From an uncultured delta proteobacterium (GTDB lineage: Bacteria; Desulfobacterota; BSN033; UBA1163), in NCBI GenBank assembly GCA_963827685.1, contig CAWHBU010000003.1:800001-864000 (forward strand): DNA of 64,000 nucleotides. The letters are read 5' to 3'. The position numbers were made by a program, and so were the translations under genes. Under the pieces are notes generated by a model. That model saw only the letters and a list, made by a program, of their open reading frames with translations, searched no databases and had not been told where the DNA came from. Below, piece by piece: positions 18,687 to 26,529 of the stretch (the stretch's first letter is position 1; each line of letters opens with the position of its first letter).

Positions 18687-19525
18687 CGGTAAAGTCGAGG
18701 GCCGAAGATCATACACCCTGTGGCGAATGTCATTCCAACCAAGAGATCAATCACATAATGGTATCTCAGATAGATGGTGGAGAGAATGAGAGCACAGATA
18801 ATAGGGAGAAAGAGATAGAAAAGGACCTTTTCATAGCGATGGGCCAGGTATAAAACGATGAGGACGATCTGGGTGTGGCCGCTGGGCATACAATCTCGCT
18901 TATTATGCTCCAGAGCATTCAATGCATCTCTGACAAAATCGGTGATAAAGCTTCCTTCGAGAGGGACAGAGTAGAGATGGGTTAATGCATAACGAGGCCC
19001 GACAGCAGGGAAGAGGATATAGCCGATAAAGGAAACATAGTATCCAAAAGCCAAGACAAAAACCGACCGATCCAACTCCACCATCCGATCCTTCAGATAA
19101 AGGACGGTAATGAGAACCACCGGGATGAAGTAATAGCTGAGGTATGCCAAAGACATGATATCTGTAAACCCAGGGACGATCCACCGCTCCATCCATAGGG
19201 TGGGTTGGACCCCGAAAATGGAAAAATCAATTTTGATCAACCAGGGGTCGATATCCGCCTGGAGATGCTGGATCAAATCGCCAAGGGACTCATAGATGAG
19301 GATGACAAATAGGATGGGAGAAAAATGATGGAAGAATGTTCCTGCCTTTCCCATCGCTTTTCGGTCCCATGATAATTTGAGGACAAAGAGAAGACCTAAT
19401 AAGACGAAATAACGAAAGAGCAAAGAATGCCAGAGTGGAATGCGGCCCCGGAAGACAAGAGTCAAAATGATTAAGCCGAGCAAGAAAAAAAGGGTCAACC
19501 CTTGAACAGGAGCGATTCTTTTCAT
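18638..19525 (-). CDS. PAP2/AUR1-like membrane phosphatase or phosphotransferase
   Basis: Multiple TM segments; FPAVGPR, DCMPSGH and STIYLRYHYVID. Confidence 0.88.
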   Translation of the reverse strand: MKRIAPVQGLTLFFLLGLIILTLVFRGRIPLWHSLLFRYFVLLGLLFVLKLSWDRKAMGKAGTFFHHFSPILFVILIYESLGDLIQHLQADIDPWLIKIDFSIFGVQPTLWMERWIVPGFTDIMSLAYLSYYFIPVVLITVLYLKDRMVELDRSVFVLAFGYYVSFIGYILFPAVGPRYALTHLYSVPLEGSFITDFVRDALNALEHNKRDCMPSGHTQIVLIVLYLAHRYEKVLFYLFLPIICALILSTIYLRYHYVIDLLVGMTFATGCMIFGPRLYRRWNVGGGTQNVESRM

Positions 19526-19570
19526 TTGTGAGAAGTCTATATATATTATAAAGGAAGAAAAATCAAGGAT

Positions 19571-19791
19571 GATGAGTTACCCAAAAATAGACATTGAAAA
19601 AGACAAACCCCAAAAACTCCCCTCCCCTGGTGGGAGGGGATTAAGGGGAGGGAATAAAAATGGTGATAATGCACCCTCACCCCAGCCCTCTCCCATCAAG
19701 GGAGAGGGGGAACTGGATCGAGTCAATGTCTATTTTGGGGAGTTAAGAGTTAAGAGTTATGAGTTATGAATTATGAATTATGAATTATGAG
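19571..19791 (+). repeat. GAGTTAA/GAATTAT heptamer array interrupted by a MITE
   Basis: gatgagtta [MITE] gagttaa gagttaa gagttat gagttat gaattat gaattat gaattat; same unit as 46716-46770. Confidence 0.9.
19580..19739. mobile_element. 160-bp MITE
   Basis: TIRs CCCAAAAATAGACATTGA / TCAATGTCTATTTTGGG; GAGTTA on both sides; internal CCCCTCCC..GGGAGGGG and CCCTCTCCC..GGGAGAGGG hairpins. Confidence 0.8.
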
Positions 19792-19839
19792 GCAAATAGT
19801 TAAAGGCTCAGAATAGGAGCCTTTTTAGGAGGAATGGAA

Positions 19840-21564
19840 ATGCGATATTCGCAATATTTGCTGCCGACATTGAAGGAGATTCCTTCTGAAGCCGAAGTCC
19901 CCAGCCATCAACTGATGTTTCGGGCGGGGATGATACGGAAACTGGCTTCCGGTATCTATTCCTACCTGCCCTTTGGTCTTCGATCTATTCAAAAAGTCGA
20001 AACCATCATCCGTGAGGAGATGAATCGAGCCGGTGCCATTGAGGTCTTGCTTCCTTTTGTTCAGCCTGCGGAGCTCTGGCAGGAGAGCCATCGGTGGGAA
20101 GAATATGGGAGTGAACTGGCAAGGTTTAAGGATCGCCACAACAGGGATTGTTGTCTGGGGCCTACCCATGAGGAGGTCATTACGGATATCGCCCGAAAAG
20201 AGATCCGATCGTATCGCCAGATGCCGCTCAATCTCTATCAGATCCAGACCAAATTCAGAGACGAGATCCGGCCTCGGTTCGGCGTCATGCGCGCCCGTGA
20301 ATTTATCATGAAAGATGCTTATAGTTTCGATACCGATGAAAAGGGAGTTAACGAAAGTTACCAAAAAATGATCGAAGCCTATACGCGCATCTTCACCCGA
20401 TGTGGTTTGAAATTCAAAGCGGTGGAGGCGGAGACCGGTCTGATCGGAGGAACATTCTCCCACGAATTTATGGTTCTGGCCGAAACCGGAGAGGAAACCA
20501 TCGTTAGCTGTACGCACTGTTCTTATGCGGCCAATATTGAAAAAGCTGAATTTCGGAGACGGGCAAAAAGCGGACGTACTCGTGAAAAAGAATCTCAGAA
20601 GCCTGTCCAGAAAGTATTAACCCCTGAGAAGCGAACCGTTGAAGAGGTCACCCAGTTTCTCCATGTCTCGCCCCAGGATTTGGTGAAAACTCTTATTTTC
20701 GAAAGCGATAAGGGATGCGTCGCGGCCTTGGTCCGCGGAGACCATGAGATCAGCGAAAAGAAGTTGAAAGCCGCATGGGGCTCAGAAAACATTCAATTGG
20801 CCAGTGAGGAGACAGTGGAAGAAGTTACCCATGCTCCCAAAGGATTTGCTGGCCCCATCGGTCTCTCCGTCCCACTTCTCGCCGATCACGATATCCACGA
20901 GATGGTCAACTTCGTCACCGGAGCCAACGAAAAGGATGCCCACCTGACTCATGTAAATACGGGCCGCGATTTTCAGGTCTCTCAATTTGCGGACATCCGG
21001 AAATTCTCTCCCGGAGACCTATGCCCTCTTTGTGGAAGAGAGACCAGGACGGATGAGGGGATTGAGGTCGGTCATACCTTTAAGCTGGGAACCAAATACA
21101 GTAAGGCCATGGGAGCCACTTTTTTGGATGAGCAGGGAAGAGAAAAAGAGATTGTCATGGGGTGCTATGGGATTGGTGTGGGAAGAACGGTCGCCGCTGC
21201 CATTGAACAGTCCTATGATCAAAATGGGATCATCTTCCCCATGCCCATCGCTCCCTTCCAGGTTCTCATCCTTCCGGTCAATATCAAAATGGACATCCTG
21301 AAGGAGGCCGCAGAGCAACTCTATCAAACCCTTTCGAACACAGGTATAGAAGTCTTGTACGATGATCGCGAAGAGACCCCTGGAGTAAAATTCAAAGACG
21401 CGGATCTCATCGGGATTCCACTGAGGGTGACTTTTGGAGAAAAGAATTTGAAAAAAGGGTTGGTGGAAATCAAGAAGAGGAGGACCGGGGAGATCTTCCT
21501 GGTGAAGAAGGAGGAGGTCCCGGGGAAGGTTAAAGAGATGATCGATCAGGAAATGGGGGGATAG
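19840..21564 (+). CDS. proS: proline--tRNA ligase
   Basis: LGPTHEE, FRDEIRPRFG.MRAREF and MGCYGIG; editing insertion domain. Confidence 0.98.
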   Translation: MRYSQYLLPTLKEIPSEAEVPSHQLMFRAGMIRKLASGIYSYLPFGLRSIQKVETIIREEMNRAGAIEVLLPFVQPAELWQESHRWEEYGSELARFKDRHNRDCCLGPTHEEVITDIARKEIRSYRQMPLNLYQIQTKFRDEIRPRFGVMRAREFIMKDAYSFDTDEKGVNESYQKMIEAYTRIFTRCGLKFKAVEAETGLIGGTFSHEFMVLAETGEETIVSCTHCSYAANIEKAEFRRRAKSGRTREKESQKPVQKVLTPEKRTVEEVTQFLHVSPQDLVKTLIFESDKGCVAALVRGDHEISEKKLKAAWGSENIQLASEETVEEVTHAPKGFAGPIGLSVPLLADHDIHEMVNFVTGANEKDAHLTHVNTGRDFQVSQFADIRKFSPGDLCPLCGRETRTDEGIEVGHTFKLGTKYSKAMGATFLDEQGREKEIVMGCYGIGVGRTVAAAIEQSYDQNGIIFPMPIAPFQVLILPVNIKMDILKEAAEQLYQTLSNTGIEVLYDDREETPGVKFKDADLIGIPLRVTFGEKNLKKGLVEIKKRRTGEIFLVKKEEVPGKVKEMIDQEMGG

Positions 21565-21567
21565 GCC

Positions 21568-21638
21568 GATTTCAGATTGCAGATTGAAGATCTTAGATTG
21601 AATTTCGAAGATGAAAAATTGGAGATTGCAGATTTGAA
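21568..21638 (+). repeat. GATTGCA-type heptamer array
   Basis: gatttca gattgca gattgaa gatctta gattgaa tttcgaa gatgaaa aattgga gattgca gatttga. Confidence 0.8.
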
Positions 21639-21742
21639 GCTCCCCGCCCGCAGGGCGGGGCTTCCCGGCATTGTAACATCATTCATATTGTGCCCCTTAA
21701 CCCCGCTTACAAGGCGGGGCTTGCGGGGCACGTTCCGGTCAA
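21635..21742 (+). mobile_element. TGAAGCTC...CCGGTCAA element, copy 2
   Basis: Two CCCCGC..GCGGGG hairpins; its TCAA end supplies the TGA stop of 21739..21993. Confidence 0.85.
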
Positions 21743-21993
21743 GATCGAGAATCCCACCCGAATCTTTCTTGAATCACCCGATTAAACCGTGGTCGATAGA
21801 TCAACTCGAAGGTCCCTTCTTTTCCAGGGAAGAGGCCGCAAGCCGCCCTTTTCACATCCTCGACCAGCTCCTGCGCCTCTTCAAGCACCAGGTCATCCTG
21901 CTGGATTGACAAGATAGAAAAATCGACTAAGAACCGGAGATAACGAATCTTCCGGTTCTCCTCTTTAATCTGGCTATCTTCTCCCCTCATCAT
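21739..21993 (-). CDS. small conserved hypothetical protein
   Basis: EENRKIR.LRFLVD...LFPGKE.TFELIY.PRF.R; AAGGA RBS. Confidence 0.75.
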   Translation of the reverse strand: MMRGEDSQIKEENRKIRYLRFLVDFSILSIQQDDLVLEEAQELVEDVKRAACGLFPGKEGTFELIYRPRFNRVIQERFGWDSRS

Positions 21994-22079
21994 TTATCCT
22001 TTTATAACACAAATTATTCATTGACAGCACCTTCAGAACATTTATATGATAGGGTACAAAAGTTGAGGAATATTGACTG

Positions 22080-22796
22080 ATGACCGGCGATCCCAAAGAG
22101 AAGATCATCTTTGCCCTCGATGTTGAACACTTCACAGAAGCCCAACGTTGGGTGAAACTCTTGAAGGATCATGTGGGGGTATTTAAGGTAGGGAAACAGC
22201 TGTTCACCCATGCCGGGCCAAAGGTCATCCATATGATCCGTCAGAAGGGTCAGAAGGTCTTTCTCGACCTCAAATACCACGACATTCCTAATACAGTGGC
22301 CAAGGCAGGAGAGGAAGCCACCAAATTGGATGTGACCATGTTCAACCTCCACGCCCTGGGAGGTTTTGAAATGATGAAAAAGACCGTAGAGGCCTCCAGG
22401 GCAATGGCTAAAAGTCTTGGTATTCCAAGACCTATCATCCTGGCCGTCACCATCCTCACCAGCATGGATGAAAACGCCCTGAAGGAAGTAGGAGTTCAGG
22501 GTTCCCTTTTGGAAGAAGTAGGACGTCTCGCCTCCTTAGCTTCTAAGGCAGGAGTGGATGGAGTCATTGCTTCACCACAAGAAATCGGGATCATTCGGGA
22601 GAAATGCGGAGAAAAATTTCTCATTGTCACTCCGGGCATCCGCGCTCCTTCCGATAAGAAAGATGACCAGAAGAGAACCCTCACACCGAAAGAGGCGATC
22701 TCTGCAGGGGCTAATTATCTTGTCATCGGGCGCCCCATCAAAGAGGCGAAAGACCCCCTCGAAGCAGTTCAGAAAATTATCGAGGACATTTCATGA
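22080..22796 (+). CDS. pyrF: orotidine-5'-phosphate decarboxylase
   Basis: FLDLKYHDIPNT, VTPGIR, DDQKR and VIGRPI. Confidence 0.98.
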   Translation: MTGDPKEKIIFALDVEHFTEAQRWVKLLKDHVGVFKVGKQLFTHAGPKVIHMIRQKGQKVFLDLKYHDIPNTVAKAGEEATKLDVTMFNLHALGGFEMMKKTVEASRAMAKSLGIPRPIILAVTILTSMDENALKEVGVQGSLLEEVGRLASLASKAGVDGVIASPQEIGIIREKCGEKFLIVTPGIRAPSDKKDDQKRTLTPKEAISAGANYLVIGRPIKEAKDPLEAVQKIIEDIS

Positions 22797-22816
22797 TACG
22801 GCCCTCTGCTGAAGAC

Positions 22817-22931
22817 CAAATGCCAAATGTCTAAGCTCAGATTTCAAATTAAATTCAAAGCTCAAATGCCTAAGATTCTGAATTGTGAAATTTGACATTC
22901 ATTTGACATTGGGATTTTGACATTTGACATT
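22817..22931. repeat. inverted heptamer array (CAAATGY)n ... (ATTTGAC)n
   Basis: caaatgc caaatgt ctaagct cagattt caaatta ... atttgac attc atttgac attggg attttgac atttgac att. Confidence 0.85.
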
Positions 22932-22936
22932 ACCTT

Positions 22937-23680
22937 ATGTGTCCAATCATCTACGGGATTCATCCTGTCAAAGAGGCATTAAGATCGTCTCACCTCCAAA
23001 TCGAACAAATTTTGATCGGAACGCAAACCCTTCATCCTCCACTCCAATCGATCCTCGATTTAGCCAATAAGAGGAAAGTTCCCGTCACGTTTACTAAAAA
23101 GGAATCGCTTGAACGAATGACAAAGGGGGGCGTTCATCAAAATGTCGTAGGTCTCATTAAAGAGACGCTTTATGCAGATGTCGGAGAAATTCTCTCCCAT
23201 TGGAAGAGAGATGGGACCAAAGCACTTTTTCTCATCCTGGATGGGATCCAGGATCCACAAAATTTTGGATCGCTTATTCGAACGGCATCGGGATGTGGAG
23301 TCCATGGAATCATTATTCCAAAAGATAGGTCCGTTGGAATGACCCCGGCAGTGGTCAAAGCCTCTGCAGGGGCCGCTGCTCATTTGCCAGTTGCCAGAGT
23401 AGTCAATATTGCTGCCACGATCGATCTCTTAAAAAAAGAAGGAATCTGGGTCTATGGTGCCTCAGGGGAAGCGAAAGATCTGATTTACCAACTTGATCTC
23501 GACATGGATCTGGCTATTGTCATTGGGGCAGAGGGGAAAGGGATCAGACCCCTGGTGAAGAAAAAGTGTGATAGACTCTTCTCCATCCCGATGAAAGGCC
23601 CTCTTTCCTCTTTCAATGCTGCGGTATCTGGAGGGATGATCTTTTACGAAGTCATGCGGCAACGTTCTCTTCATGAATAA
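22937..23680 (+). CDS. rlmB: 23S rRNA Gm2251 methyltransferase
   Basis: LDGIQDPQNFGSLIR, KASAGA and IGAEGKG SPOUT motifs. Confidence 0.95.
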   Translation: MCPIIYGIHPVKEALRSSHLQIEQILIGTQTLHPPLQSILDLANKRKVPVTFTKKESLERMTKGGVHQNVVGLIKETLYADVGEILSHWKRDGTKALFLILDGIQDPQNFGSLIRTASGCGVHGIIIPKDRSVGMTPAVVKASAGAAAHLPVARVVNIAATIDLLKKEGIWVYGASGEAKDLIYQLDLDMDLAIVIGAEGKGIRPLVKKKCDRLFSIPMKGPLSSFNAAVSGGMIFYEVMRQRSLHE

Positions 23681-23687
23681 CCTCAAC

Positions 23688-23808
23688 GGTTTAGGTTATG
23701 GTTAGGGTTAGGAGGCCCGTTTGGGTGAAGTTAAGGGGTAAAGTGAAACCCGTAAGACCAATGACCTAACCGAACTGCGAAACTGGCGTCTTTGCCTTAA
23801 CCTTTGCC
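23688..23808. repeat. degenerate inverted hexamer array (GGTTAG)n ... (CCTAA/CCTTAA)
   Basis: ggttta ggttat ggttag ggttag ... gacctaacc ... gccttaacctttgcc. Confidence 0.55.
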
Positions 23809-23841
23809 GAAGACTGATTTTCTATGTAATAGGTAGGTACC

Positions 23842-24312
23842 ATGATCTCCATCGAGAGACCCAGTCAGACCAATTTAGAGATTGAATTCATCCTCATAGA
23901 TTTTGAGGGAACCCTTGCCTCAGATCGTCGGGTTCACCCCAAGGCAAAGGATAAGATCAACCTTCTCTCCAGGCGCGCCAAAATCTATATCCTGACAAAA
24001 GAAGAGCAAGAACATGCAGAAGAGGTTCTGAAAAAAGTCAAAGCGGAGATCATCTATTCGATGGAAGGAAAATCCTCCCAACAGAAATTGGGCTTATTGC
24101 GCCAATTGGGAGCGAGTAGGACCGTGGCCATTGGTAATGGAGTAGACGACGTCCCCATGATCGAGGAGGCTGGTTTTGGCATCTGCATATTAGGTAGAGA
24201 AGGAACCTTTTCAGAAGTGATGAAGAAGGCGGATGTGGTCTTTACGAATATTCTCGATGCCCTCGACTTTCTATTGAAACCCCTGCGCCAGAAAGCAACT
24301 TTAGGTAAATAA
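23842..24312 (+). CDS. HAD-superfamily hydrolase (soluble P-type ATPase-like)
   Basis: IDFEGTL and AIGNGVDD.PM; LDFLLKPLR.KATL. Confidence 0.88.
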   Translation: MISIERPSQTNLEIEFILIDFEGTLASDRRVHPKAKDKINLLSRRAKIYILTKEEQEHAEEVLKKVKAEIIYSMEGKSSQQKLGLLRQLGASRTVAIGNGVDDVPMIEEAGFGICILGREGTFSEVMKKADVVFTNILDALDFLLKPLRQKATLGK

Positions 24313-24420
24313 AGGGTCTAAGGGGTCAAGGGTTCAGGGGGTCAAGTTAAATGACCAGATAGAAAATCGTAAAACTGAAAATTCCTTGAATCCATGAACC
24401 CTTGAATCCTCGAACCCTTC
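24313..24420. repeat. inverted octamer array (AGGGKTCA)n ... (TGAAYCCW)n
   Basis: agggtcta aggggtca agggttca gggggtca ... cttgaatc catgaacc cttgaatc ctcgaacc. Confidence 0.85.
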
Positions 24421-24718
24421 AGAAGGATATCTACTTTAGAGGTTCCTCCCACTCATGGTATCGTTAAAATGAGAGGCAAGATCCTGAGATATAGAATGGG
24501 TCGTCTCTTCTCCTGACTTTCATCTTTATTCCGAAATTCGCCGTAATAAAAACTTTCAGTGTGGGAGGGGAAACATTATCTCCAGCAGAATTCCTGAAGG
24601 TTTGAGTGCTAAGATTCGAGTACTTTTTGCGTGGGGTCGAGGGAATTTAAAACATTACCGCCGATTAAATTTATGATTGCAAGACCTGACCCTCTTCCCC
24701 TATTCCTTCCCATCCAGC

Positions 24719-24817
24719 CTACCTGTTCTTCTTCTCCTTCTTCATCTTTCTCTTCTCTTTGAGGCTCATCTGCGGCGCCTTCTTGCTTTCCTTTACCCCT
24801 TTGCTTTTCTCTTTCAT
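24719..24817 (-). CDS. 32-aa lysine-rich small protein
   Basis: GAGGAGG RBS; MKEKSKGVKESKKAPQMSLKEKRKMKKEKKNR*; below the ORF-track cutoff. Confidence 0.7.
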   Translation of the reverse strand: MKEKSKGVKESKKAPQMSLKEKRKMKKEKKNR

Positions 24818-24966
24818 ACCACCCTCCTCTTTCTGGCTCTTCTGGTTAGGTTCTATGCCCAAAGTCCTGACAAAAAAGTGTCAATTTTCACCTACGTCCC
24901 TGTGTCGTGACGCATGCTCTATTGTGAATAGTGTAGACCTGACACCTATGTCTTTTGTGTCCTGTT

Positions 24967-25695
24967 TCACGTCCCTGTGTCCTGTTTCAATGACAGGTCT
25001 CTCCAAAGGTCACGTATTGGACGCATAGCGGTAAGAACGTCTAAGATTTTCGTTTCGTCAAGCTGCGGGCTGCATTCAGTGAGATTAAAAGCTCTTGCTA
25101 AATATACGTCGCACCATGATTTTGGATAGGGCTTAGTTAGAAACTTATATATTTTTTCTTGCTTGACAGGCTTGAATCCCCCTCTCCAGTAAACATCCCC
25201 ATCATAAATGAGATAATATTGACTGTCAGTCCTTCCCTCGTCAAACTCAATCCAAAAATAGAGCTGATTGTTCAAAGATTTGGCACAATCAAACATGAGA
25301 GGCCAAGCCTGGTTTATGGAAGATAGAAATCTATGCCAATCCCAATTTCTTTGAAGTTCCCACCTTTCAAGACGTTCATTTCTTGCTTTAGCTTTCTTCT
25401 GAGCCAATTTATGATCCTCTATGCCCTTTTCAACAGATACACCCACATAAAGGTTCGGCCCTCTTTTACTATCAATTTTAAGGAAATAAGAGGCAACCGT
25501 ACTAGGGAGTTTTGACTTCTCATACCACCACAAAGTATCTCGATAATTTTGTTGAGGCCACGAGCGGACAGCAAATTTCTCGCCATAATCGTTCGCAAGG
25601 ATATCTCTAATTCTGAGCGAAATCCTATCTTTCTCTTTAGGTTCATCTAATTTTATACACCCATGTAGCAACCACTCTCGTTTAATCGAACTCAT
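24967..25695 (-). CDS. hypothetical protein (island)
   Basis: Long ORF; AGGAGG RBS; Trp/Tyr-rich; no family recognised. Confidence 0.75.
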   Translation of the reverse strand: MSSIKREWLLHGCIKLDEPKEKDRISLRIRDILANDYGEKFAVRSWPQQNYRDTLWWYEKSKLPSTVASYFLKIDSKRGPNLYVGVSVEKGIEDHKLAQKKAKARNERLERWELQRNWDWHRFLSSINQAWPLMFDCAKSLNNQLYFWIEFDEGRTDSQYYLIYDGDVYWRGGFKPVKQEKIYKFLTKPYPKSWCDVYLARAFNLTECSPQLDETKILDVLTAMRPIRDLWRDLSLKQDTGT

Positions 25696-25746
25696 TTCCA
25701 TCCTCCTGATTAAGAAAATTGGGTAATGGACTCCTTTGTTTCCCAA

Positions 25747-26268
25747 CTAGAGTTTGGATTTGTTTTTTTCAGTGGCCAATATCGCATTAAGAAGATTCCG
25801 GCCTTCCGGGGAAAGCCCCCAAACCCTTCCTTGCTGACCTCTTGCTTCAGTAACAAGATGATTCTCCAACAACCAATTTATGGACGTCATAATCTGCTGT
25901 TTCCCAAGTGAAGTCTCTTCTTCAATTCCCGCAATGGTTCGCCAAGTATATCTTGGATTGCCCAGCACCTTAATCACGTGCCGAGTAGCATCATCGGTAC
26001 TATATACTTTAGAGTGGATTGCCAATCCTTTTTCTTCTCTCAAAGGCTCCGTCTCCTTTGCAACGATCGTGTCTAATTGTTCGCGCATCTCTGCCTCAAA
26101 GCCGGCTCCTCTGAAACGGCGGATTTTATCTATGTTGGCGAAGGAAAGTGCAATGGCGCCTGTTAGAATTACCAGACCCATCTCAGTTGGTTTGCCGACG
26201 TAGCCAAAATAGAAGCTAGCTGCTGGTATAAAGACAAATATGACCGCTTTGTAAACTTTCATTACCAT
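25747..26268 (-). CDS. hypothetical protein with two N-terminal TM helices and a C-terminal wHTH-like region
   Basis: Hydrophobic N-terminus; RFRGAGFEAE; YTWRTIAGIEEET...WGLSPEG. Confidence 0.7.
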   Translation of the reverse strand: MVMKVYKAVIFVFIPAASFYFGYVGKPTEMGLVILTGAIALSFANIDKIRRFRGAGFEAEMREQLDTIVAKETEPLREEKGLAIHSKVYSTDDATRHVIKVLGNPRYTWRTIAGIEEETSLGKQQIMTSINWLLENHLVTEARGQQGRVWGLSPEGRNLLNAILATEKNKSKL

Positions 26269-26529
26269 TTCCCATAACCTCCGATCATTTATATCCTCAA
26301 AATGTATACCTAATTTTTCAATCCCCCGTACCAACTTTATTATGGATGACACTCGTCAGAAAGAAACTTATGAATTTGCGGGCATCCCTCAACCCCTCGA
26401 TTACGCGGTGTGATGCGTGACATGAGTTCTACAGGTCTTCGAGCAAGATGCGCGGCTGCACTCGCGGCCGGTCTTCCTTTCCAATCCAGATTAGTTCAAG
26501 CTTAATTTTGGAATTTCCAATAGTCATAC

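Noticed and set aside
23688-23712. TTAGGG-like telomeric repeat
   Set aside because: Only a few degenerate units in an intergenic region; it is better explained as one of the short-array family.
26318-26352. GTCATCCATAATAAAGTTGGTA as a dif/Xer site
   Set aside because: Only a XerC-like half is present; there is no TTATGTTAAAT-like arm at 6-bp spacing.
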